Translations under genes and position numbers: made by a program
Shown: positions 12,430 through 22,598 of the stretch, in pieces
Layout of the letters: each line of letters begins with the position of its first letter
Position numbering within the stretch: position 1 is the stretch's first letter
Source of the DNA: Chrysomallon squamiferum
Taxonomy: Eukaryota; Animalia; Mollusca
Assembly: GCA_012295275.1 (NCBI GenBank)
Contig: CM022677.1
Span: forward strand, 682,001 to 746,000
Length of the DNA stretch: 64,000 nt
Direction of reading: 5' to 3'
The notes under the pieces: model-generated
The model's input: the letters and a program-made list of their open reading frames with translations, nothing else
Told to the model about the DNA's origin: nothing
The model's database searches: none

Positions 12430-12628
12430 GTGTTTCTGTCTGTGTCTGTGTGTGTGTGTCTGTGTGAGTGTCTGTGTCTCTGTGTGCGTGTCTGTGTGTG
12501 TGTGTGCGTGCGTGCGGTTTGAAAAAGATATCTTCCAACGGAAAATTGAATTGCGAGATCACGACGGCGCGATGGTGAATGTATTTTCATTTCGATTTTG
12601 TTGTTGTTGTTGTTATTACCTTATTGTA

Positions 12629-13043
12629 TCCGGATTGTATTGAGATCAGATCACGGACTGTCCGAGAATATGACTGTGTGTTTGTTGTTGTTGTGTTTTA
12701 CCCACAGCATGGCTCTGATGATGGCTACCAATTCGGCCGTATACACCGAAAGGTGATTTCTGATACGGCCGAATTGTATGCATGTGGGTTTGTTTGTGTG
12801 ATCTTGGGCTATGAAGGCGAATCCTACTCTCCCGTTGTCTGGGTTTTTGGATCCGTCAGTGTAGATGTGCGTGTGTTGTTTGTAGTGGTCGTTTGCTGCT
12901 GCCAAAAAAATGGCTTTTTTGAACGGTGGGATCTCTGTTTTGTCAGTTTCTCTTTTGATCAGGAAAGGTGTGTTTATTGTTGGTTTTGTTTCTTTGTGGT
13001 ATGCCGCCAGTGACATTTCACCTATTCCTGTTTCCCTTTCGAT
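12629..13043 (-). mobile_element. LINE RNase H N-half fragment
   Basis: HIYTDGSK…VGFAF…SVYTAELVAI…VIFSDS; ends at the 5S-block junction. Confidence 0.9.
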
Positions 13044-13881
13044 ATGCGTATTAATTAGAGTAAGTTTAAATACTGCTGTTCAGAAATGTGTTATGATGGT
13101 TCACTGTGGAGTGTTATAAACAGACGACTGTCACGTGATCACACCTTTAAACACCTTGGATGTTTTATTAAGGCTCAGTGTAAGGTAACAAGGTGCTTTA
13201 ATGGCCACCTAACAAGGAATATAAACGCCAAAATGACAGCAAACTATATAAATCAGTAAGTCTACCTATCCACTATACAAGTTAAGGTTTACATTAATTA
13301 TTTAATTATGATATACAGGTGACTTGATAATAATACATTATAAAACATACGTTTAAATCATTTTGATTAATGATACGAGTAAGGTTATAAAGGGAACCAA
13401 GACAAAATAAGAATCTGCACGGAGGACAGATTAAAACCTTAAATGTTACTGACACAGGTTAATTGCACAGGTTAATTGCACATTACATCCTATCAAAACA
13501 AGAATAGACAACTCCTTACCATACTCGTCCGTAAAGACATGCCAGCACATAAATACTTTTTATTATTAATAACATCTACTTTATCTCTTCAAGAAAATAC
13601 ATTCTAATAACATCTGCCTGTAAAATAATGTCATTCAAGATTTTCTTAATTAATTTTTTCGTTATTATTATGTATTATCATTGTTGTTGTTTGTTTGTTC
13701 GATTTAACTGGTTTCGATAATCCATTTGTTGTCCAAAAGTTGTTACAAAATTATTGATAAAGTCACACAAAAAATAAAAAGGAAGCTCAAATCTGCGACG
13801 AGGGCATTTTACATAACCAATAAACTAATGTTTACAAATCGTATGTAATTTTTACAGACATAAAGACAAACAGTGAAATAC

Positions 13882-14006
13882 CTAAATGGAGAAGTTCTGG
13901 TATCATGGCAACATCATGTGTATATCGTCTGCTGGGCTTCGAGAGAATTACAACTTTTGTGTTTTCCAGATCTGGTATCAAATGAAGTGGGATCAGTTCT
14001 GCCCAT
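13882..14006 (-). CDS. MEMO/LigB-like gene exon 2, copy a (directly downstream of exon 1)
   Basis: 125 nt, ttaag|A-TGG…TTA-G|gtatt. Phase matches exon 1 (phase 2) and exon 3 (phase 1). Encodes WAELIPLHLIPDLENTKVVILSKPSRRYTHDVAMIPELLHL. Confidence 0.8.
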
Positions 14007-14409
14007 CTTAATATGTGCCAAATAAAATAAATAAATAAATAAATAAATATAAATAACAAAATAAATACAAGAAACGAAATTTAAAAGAAAAAATTGTATG
14101 ACTCTACTTTACAAGAGTATTTATAAATAATGTCAGTTTTGGGATAAAATATATAGAAACATTTCTGTATAATATATTATCAATGGGATTATAAATAAAT
14201 ATATAATTTTTATGTACTGTACGTTTCGAAAACGGCATATTGTGGGTCCTCAGTCTTTTGTGAGACGCTGCATTAAACGAAATCATAAATTGGTTTATCA
14301 ATAACTATATTTTTCTACGATAATGTTTTCTTGCTGTCAGTATTATTAGTCTATGCTAATTTAAAAAAGAAGTGTTTATGCTCATTTTTACATGCATGCT
14401 ATTTCTCAC

Positions 14410-14864
14410 CTCAATGGAAATGCTTCATCGCTTTTTCCGGGTGGATCATAACCGCTTAATCCCGAAATATTCGGAGCAGAGCCAAATTTATTTACGATGT
14501 TTTCCGAAAGTTGGCTAGAAAGATTAGCGGTTACTTTATAACAACAAGGAGGACAGTTGCAATTATCAGTATCTGCAAAGCCTTCTCCTGTGGGATTTAA
14601 ATAGAACACAAAGTTATTTAAGTCAGAAATACCATGGGGCGTGCTCAGAAAAAGTATATCGGGCGATAAAGACAGAATCGTCTGATCGACAGTTTTGCAG
14701 GCTTCGTGAATTTTCCACGCTTCTTGTTTTGCTGTGTGGTTGGTTGTATTGAAATGTTTCGGATCCAGAGCAATTCCGCCGTGCGGCAGAACGAACCCGG
14801 CCAGTAGTTTGGAGAAAGATAAATCAAGTGATGTGAAAAACACAATCAGAATTGCAAAACACAT
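14410..14864 (-). CDS. Exon 1 of a putatively secreted MEMO1/LigB-fold (extradiol dioxygenase class III, TTE1956-like) protein
   Basis: ATG preceded by an in-frame stop, then a hydrophobic signal-like N-terminus. Motifs GFVLPHGG and LFLSTPHG; donor AG|gtgag at 14409. Exons 1-4 join in frame to ~276 aa with ISADLAH and ALSCG motifs. Confidence 0.8.
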
Positions 14865-15322
14865 CTCGACTTTCTATTTCGTTCTTAAATCATATGACTC
14901 TAGAGTTACCTGCCCTTCTGTGTTTTTCCTTAAAGAGCAACAATACATCTGTATTTGTATAATGATAATCGATAGAAATTAAAAATCTATATTATCGCCT
15001 TGTTAATTTATAAGAGTTGGTTTTCTGAATTGTCCCAATAGTTAATATTTTGTTGATGTTGTTTTTGTTTTTTCTTCTTTCATGTATTTGTTTGTCATTG
15101 TCATCATTATCAGCAGCAGCAGCAGCTGCAGCATCATTGTTACCATTATTTTCTTGCTATTTTTATGGGCAAAGGGCGTGTACATGAAACGTTAAGCGAT
15201 GCATCACAGTAGTTTGTATCAATACATTGTTTTAGAAAAACGTTCTTTAAAACAGATTTATAGAAGACTACATGGTTGCTTTGGAGTAACATCAAAGTTT
15301 ATTATTACCATCATCATCATCA

Positions 15323-15353
<31 letters not shown>

Positions 15354-15470
15354 CATCATTATTAAAAGTTGATTTGTAAGTGAGAAAATCTGAGGTAATA
15401 ATGGCGTATTACTTTAGTTCCTTTTCAGCGGCCGCGCCTCACATTTTTCTTTCGTAATTCAGCATCATCG

Positions 15471-16017
15471 AAGCTGTAATAGCATGTTGTAGATAACGCT
15501 GCATCCGAAACACTGTGTTACCTGTAAGTGTGATAGGCCTGCATCAAAGCTGTAATAACATGTTGTAGATAACGCTGCATCCGAAACACTGTGTTACCTG
15601 TAAGTGTGATAGGCCTGCATCAAAGCTGAACAGGCCTACACGCCTAAATCTCAGGTTCGCGTTGTACTGTGTAAATTAGTTTTGCGTTTCTGTTATTGGT
15701 TCATTATCGAAAAGCTTTAATCCACATAGATCGTCATCAGCAGATAGTACGTTAAACATTAAAGAACTTGGTAAGCTAAGTAGTTACACGTTTAAAACTG
15801 TACGCACCATTAGACACCCATCCACATAGATCGTCATCAGCAGAGAGTACGTTAAACATTAAAGAAGTTGGTAAGCTAAGTAGTTACACGTTTAAAACTG
15901 TACGCACCATTAGACACCCATCCACATAGATCGTCATCAGCAGATAGTACGTTAAACATTAAAGAAGTTGGTAAGCTAAGTAGTTACACGTTTAAAACTG
16001 TACGCACCATTAGACAC
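15471..16017. repeat. Tandem repeats: 76 bp x2 (15471-15628) and 100 bp x3 (15720-16017)
   Basis: tccacatagatcgtcatcagc at 15721, 15821 and 15921; duplicated, partly garbled, at ~28560-29055. Confidence 0.9.
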
Positions 16018-17294
16018 GTCTTCATTACGCTGCTAAAACATGTTTGAAACTTATACAGACTGTAACACAGTGGTTTGAGCACTTTCCCACTAAATGGATT
16101 AATCACCTCTATGTAGGAATGAAATACATTGTATTGTATGTAGGTGCGCGTGCGCGTGTAGGTGTATTTTTATTGCAATGTTTTATATAAATTAAAAAAT
16201 ATTTACTCTGCACCACTTATACAACATCGATCAATGTTTATTATATTTTTGCAAGGAAGCAATTTGTCTTTTTTTTCTAAATGATCTACTCACTCATCTA
16301 ATTTGCCCTTGCACAATATCACACACAATGTAATAATTATTTAATATGTAGCTTTTCACATATAACATTATTGTCCTCTACAAACAGTCATTGTGTCACA
16401 TTCACAGCTTCTGGTAACCAGTAGGAATCAGAGGAAGTCAACAGAGGTGCTGAAAGTAGACTAGTCTGGTTAATGACAGAAATAGAACTTCATTTGTTAG
16501 TCAGAATGAATTGAGTAGAATAGAATGTGGATTTAACGGCAAAGAAAGGCTATCGACTCCAGGGATTTAAAAACGTGATTTTCCAGAGATTCGTTATTAT
16601 CTACAACATTTACTTGTTATCAAGTGTAATTCTATCACAATAGTCACTATTCACTATTAAACAGCATTTTCGTACAATAAATAAAATATAATGATTAATT
16701 TGTTTTGTACTGAAAAGTGAAAGGAGATATTCCTGGAGGAGAACAACTAATATCTAGGAGTAACTAAACTGAGTATTGGTTTTATTTCATTCAACAGCTA
16801 TGACACATTAGTTAGAAATAGCGTGGGTTGAACAATAAAAGATGTAAATATTTAAATTTTGACACCTGCTAAAGAAACAACATTGTACGTCAAGCATCCA
16901 CATCAGGTTTCATGTGTATCAAGTTTTCAAAACGTAATATTTTTAAACAACTCAGAGCCTAAGTCCCTGCTTGTGTGTTAGACCGGGCATCTGCAGACTT
17001 GTCTTACATAATCCAACTTTTATCTCAAAATAAAACTGTGTAGTGGAGCCATCTCCCCGACTCGGTATATCCTTCATGAAATACTGAACTATTAACGCAC
17101 ATAAATTTCGTTTCTCAACAAACGGAATCGAGTTGTTTCTCTAGATGAAAAGCTCTCTTCTGGTAAATTGTGACAAATATTTAAAATTTCCTGGGTTACG
17201 GCACCAATTTGTTTCTAACTTTTACAGGCTGCATAACTGCTGATGGCGTCTCTTGCAAACATCCCAGTTTGTTTTCTTCATTTATTGTTATAGT

Positions 17295-17513
17295 CTTATA
17301 ATGTGTAACCTAGCTATCTTATAATCTGCAACCTAGCTATCTTATAATCTGTAATCTGTAACCTAGCTATCTTATAATGTGTAACCTAGCTATCTTATAA
17401 TCTGTAATCTGTAATCTGTATCCTAGCTATCTTATAATGTGTAACCTAGCTATCTTATAATGTGTAACCTAGCTATCTTATAATCTGTAATCTGTAATCT
17501 GTAAACTAGCTAC
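17295..17513. repeat. ~23-bp minisatellite (tcttataatgtgtaacctagcta) with tctgtaa insertions
   Basis: Directly visible tandem array; shorter copy at ~29297-29372. Confidence 0.9.
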
Positions 17514-17580
17514 TGTTTCAGTGAACAAAGGAAAGGCTGCTGGTTATGTACACTGTTACTGAAAGATAAAATTCAGTTTG

Positions 17581-17622
<42 letters not shown>

Positions 17623-17832
17623 CGATAGCCGTATAAAGTGGTGTTTCAAAGCTAGGATGAGCTGATGAATTTTCTAAACTATCAGAAACTGTCCTTCATT
17701 CCGGCATCCTGCAGATCCCAAACATCCCGGATTAGTGATGTCCACCTGTAACAGTGTGCCGACGTGACAAAAAAGTTGTTGTTCCTGCTGATGATGCTTT
17801 AACTATTGTTTTTCTTCTTCTTCTTCTTCTTC

Positions 17833-17927
<95 letters not shown>

Positions 17928-18630
17928 GCATAAGGTGGTCCTCGTTTGTGTCTTTGTTAACACATATTATCAGTTTAACACTAAAGTTATATAAAACTAA
18001 TATATAACAGTTACTCAAGGTGTCAGCTGGTGTTTGCTATTTAGCAACAATACTAGCTGTCCAAAGTCGTTCAACGTCCCAGATACATGCGTTAACTGAC
18101 GAGGTCGTTGTCCTAACCTAACTGTGACTGTTGTAGTTACACGAACCTTCATGTAATGTACGTGTATTTCTTACGTAAGGAAATATATTAAAAGTACTGT
18201 ACAGTTTATTAAACTAGGCGAAAAATGTCAGCCAGTACCAGAGGTATTTCTGTCAAAACCTGTCAGATAAAAACATAAATATAGGCTAGGAGCCCGTTCT
18301 AAGGCCACTTACGACCTTCACATTCCGCTGTTTATGTGAACTGTTAATTTTTTGTTTTTTGTTCTTTTCTGTATTTGTTTGCCATTGTCATCATCATCAG
18401 CAGCAGCAGCTGCAGCATCATTATTACCATTATTTTCTTGTTATTTTTATGGGCAAAGGGCGTGTACATGAAACGTTAAGCGATGCATGACTGTAGTTTG
18501 TATCAATACACTGTGTTAGAAAAACGTTCTTTAAAACAGATTTATAGAAGACTACATGGTTGCTTTGGAGTAACATCAAAGTTTATTATTACCATCATCA
18601 TCATTATTATTATTATTATTATGATCATTA

Positions 18631-18750
18631 TTACAGACCATGTAACATGACTAGACCCGTGTAACCACACGACAGCGCGCGATCGACTAGTCCAGCCGCT
18701 CTGTTCAACAGCAACATGCCGTCCAGAGTCGCTGCCCACTCACCAACAGC
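18631..18750 (-). pseudogene. MEMO/LigB-like gene exon 4, 3'-truncated
   Basis: tttcag|AVGEWAATLDGMLLLNRAAGLVDRALSCGYTGLVMLHGL*. The TAA is created by the junction with a copy of the (ATT)n region found upstream of exon 1 (18360-18633 ≈ 15075-15364). Confidence 0.75.
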
Positions 18751-19158
18751 CTGAAATATTCAAATAATGAGAACCATCGTGACAACTGTATTAATGAAAA
18801 AAAAATATATGATCAGTTATGTACTAATCACACAAGTCTTTCAACACTGAAGACAAAACAGTTGCAGCATGTTCTTTCCTACCCATAACATTAAACATAA
18901 ATAGTTTTAGAAATTCTCCCAAACGTCAGTTACATTCATTAATTCAAACAAATAAATAAGCCTATTTAACACCTATTAATCACAAATATAAAACTATGCT
19001 CAGGTGCTATTACAAAACAGATTAAAACCTTAAATTATCGCAAATATAAAAATGTACTCAGGTGCTATTACAAAACGTATCTGCTTTGATACTGTTGTTG
19101 TGGCGAAATTTTAAAGTATTTTTAAAAGGTTCAAGCACGACTGACTGGTTGTACTTAC

Positions 19159-19289
19159 ATGGTCGAATGGCTCTGATGCGTTGGAGTAGCCGTATGGGTC
19201 AGTTCTGAGATGCGTGTGTGCGAGGTCAGCGCTGATGATGACAACAACACGCTCTGGCGCATCTTCCAAATACCTGTATAAATCAGCAC
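19159..19289 (-). CDS. MEMO/LigB-like gene exon 3, intact copy
   Basis: 131 nt, tttcag|…|gtaagt; encodes (G)ADLYRYLEDAPERVVVIISADLAHTHLRTDPYGYSNASEPFDH. Confidence 0.8.
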
Positions 19290-21004
19290 CTGAAATTGAT
19301 ACACAGACAGGTAAAAGTTTAATTAATGAAGCAAATACCAACTTGTTATTTAGGCAGTTTGCTGTGTGACGTATTAACGTAAGCTCAATTCAAAGATAAT
19401 GGCAACAGTTCAAAATTAGACATTTGTGAAACTCAAAACGCACAACTTTCGTCAAATTGAAACATTTTACATAATATTACAAACGTTCATTATGTTGTGA
19501 TTTGTTCTTTTTTAATCTTAATTACAGTCCATCCTCTTTATAATATTGACAGAAATCAGTTAATTTTGGCATTACAAGGAGTTGGGTGATAAGTTTTCAC
19601 CAACTATTTTTAGCAAGGCTATTTTTAGCACCGTGGAAGGTCAAAGTTCGATATTTCTAACAACGTACATGCCGTCGCTATCAATACCAATGGCGTATGA
19701 ATTTATAACAAAAGTTATGTCCACAAATGTATATTGCTTGCCTTAAAGCAAATTAAAAAAAAAAAAAAGAAAGAAAGAAAGAAAGAAAGAAAAAAAAGTA
19801 AGAAACATATAAAAGATCTGCTGCTATTTAAAATGATAGAAATTATGTTCATATTTCTAATAACTTTTGGGATGCATAGTTTTCTCCTGTGTTCGGATTT
19901 CTAAAGTATATACATTATAATATGAATACGATCAGAAATAAACTAACTTCGTGTTTTGCTTTTAAAATTCTTGCAATAAATGGCGAATTAAAAATCATAA
20001 GCATAACAAACTGTACTACAGAACAGTACAATGAATGTATTCTGTGAATCTAAGTACCAGAGGTATTCATAGAATATTAAATAAGAAACGTACAACTTTT
20101 TTTTTAATTTTCTTTTATCGTAAAACGATAAACTGATAAATCATAAAGTGTTCAGTTTTTAAACTTAGGTTATTTTTGCTTCAAATGTTGATTTGCTCCT
20201 GCAGAGAAAACATCAGCGATGGTCACGTGATACATTGATAGGTATCTTTTGTTTGCTGTCAAATCACAGGAGTACAAACACAAAGCCAAGAAAATTCTTT
20301 TGTCTGCTTCAAATGACACTTACCATACCTGTGTCTTTAATGTCATGATTATATACACAATGTATTGTTCCTAATTAAGACCGGCAACACCTTTCTGAGT
20401 TTATGTATTGCAGAGAATTATAGTTAAACATCAAATGCTAGTAATCGGCAAAACAATATTAATTGGTTTATTTCAGAACGAATTCATATTATATTTAGTA
20501 AAAGTCACAACATTTAATAAAACATGCATCCTACAAGCTATTAAAACTATAATCAACATAGATTATAGAAATATAATCATTTCAAATAGCACCAGTTATC
20601 TGTAGTTGCACATAAAATATACGGCAACTTGACTAGGTAGGAAACAATTTACGGCGATTGTAAATAAAATCAACGCAATTTCGGTCTGTAGAAAACGTAA
20701 ATTAACGGCGATTTCGCTAAGCACGTGCTTTTAAAGTTTCAAGATGGCGATCGAACACCGAAAACACACATAGACCATTTTTCACGAGGCAATCATAACA
20801 ATTAAATGCGTCCAAGCATTTTGATAAAATTTTAAAGACAATAATATAGAAAATGAATTATTATGTCCACTTACCTTTCGTTTGTGTCACGTAACCGGTT
20901 TTAGTGATTGTAGCATGGTGAAAATTCCGTAATAGTGTCAAGATGGCGATCGAACACAGAAATGACCAAAAGACCACTTTTCACGAGGCAATCATAACAA
21001 TTGA

Positions 21005-21114
21005 ATGCTAATTTCGTGCAAAATGACTCGTGAACACAGGATAAGTACGAAACCTTTCTATTATTATCATTACCGCTACTACTACTACCACTACTACTTC
21101 TACTACTACTACTA

Positions 21115-21153
<39 letters not shown>

Positions 21154-21444
21154 CTATAATACCGTAGATGCACAGACACACACACACACACTTTCTTTGG
21201 CGCTTTCTTTCTTTCTTTTTTGCTTTGAGTACAAGAAGAACAAGAAGATCGAATACAGCCAGCGCTTTATTTTTATTTTTTTTTATTTCTTTCTTTTTCT
21301 TTTCTTTTCTTTTATTTTTTTTTTATTTTTTTATTTTTATTTTCCTCATGTTTTTATCTTATTTTGTCATGTTTTTATTTTAAGTTTAATATATTTTATT
21401 TTATTTATTATTTTTTTCATTTATTATTATTATCATCATCATCA

Positions 21445-21515
<71 letters not shown>

Positions 21516-22222
21516 TCCATCGTTATCGTTGTCGTTATTCAGTGCACGCATTAAGAAGAACGAAGATAAATAGACGTCGGTTCGTCTTTTTTTTTTTCTA
21601 GTTTTTTTTTTCTTTCTTTCTTTTAAATTTTTAATTTTCAGCCACTACCGGACAATTCGGCAGTTGCCTCATTTATTCACGAATAACGTACCCATTTACA
21701 GTTGACCAGGTTCTCTTCGAACATTAAAAATGATTAAATTCTGTCTTAATTGAAAATAACGACGATTACGATTTAATTTATAAAATGATCAGACACGTTG
21801 TTGTTGTTGTTGTTGTTGCAGCAGTTAGTCAGAAAACATCTTTACGAATGGAAGATCGAGCCCACTCCACAGATAGTGTGCCTAGTGTGCGTCGGTGCCG
21901 TGGACTCAGTCTTGCATGCGTTTTTTTGTTCACTGCAGCAAAACTAACTCATTTATTAAACGTATTGAAAAAAACAACAAAAAAACACAACAATTTTTTT
22001 GGTAGTACCAAGTTCAAACTAAATCCATATAGAATGATTTTTGGAATCAAGCACACAAACGTGGCGGCGGCAACTTTGTATCGAATTTAGAGATTATGTT
22101 TCTCTGGTAATTTCGACGACTACACGAAACGAGAATTATTAGAGGGAGATAAGCCGTGTAAGGAAATGAAGGCGGTGACAGTGGACTGATGAAACCCGAT
22201 GTGATTTTTTCCTTTTCTCTCG

Positions 22223-22258
<36 letters not shown>

Positions 22259-22598
22259 TTAAATTATTTTTTTCTTAATATTTATTTCCTTATTTCTTTA
22301 TTTATATTTTTTATATTTTTTTATTTATTTATTTATCTTTTTTTTTTTTTTTTTTGGAGTGACCGTATTGTGTATGTCTGATTGTATGTGTACGTATGTT
22401 ATTTCTGTGTGTCTCTGTCTGTGTGTGTGTGTCTGTGTTTGTCTGTGTGGTTGTGTGTGTGTCTGTGTGTGTGCGTGCGAGCGTGCGGTTTGAAAAAGAT
22501 ATCTTCCAACGTAAAATTGAATTGCGAGATCACGACGACGCGATGGTGAATGTATTTTCATTTCGATTTTGTTGTTGTTGTTGTTATTACCTTATTGT
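21005..22598 (+). repeat. Copy of the 5S rDNA spacer block lacking the 5S gene
   Basis: Colinear with 10801-12628, but the upstream element …gataaatagacgtcggttcgtc is joined directly to poly-T at 21587. Confidence 0.85.

Larger units (their letters stand above)
9106..12628 (+). repeat. 5S rDNA spacer block inserted in the LINE RNase H
   Basis: Microsatellite-rich block containing a 5S gene, flanked by duplicated RNase H sequence (9082-9105 / 12629-12657). Related blocks lie at 21005-22598 and, inverted, ~51660-54782. Confidence 0.8.

Noticed and set aside
9093-12643. Many ORFs with poly-I/Y/F/K/HT/CV runs (also at 21-22, 35, 38, 43-44, 52-54 and 57-58 kb)
   Set aside because: Translations of microsatellites and homopolymers
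12715-12755. Possible hammerhead ribozyme (CTGATGA…GAAA)
   Set aside because: No stem II closing pair or NUH site in the right geometry; it is antisense RNase H coding sequence
18631-18633. Natural stop codon of the MEMO/LigB-like gene
   Set aside because: The TAA coincides with a duplication junction into (ATT)n sequence, so the true C-terminus is probably missing
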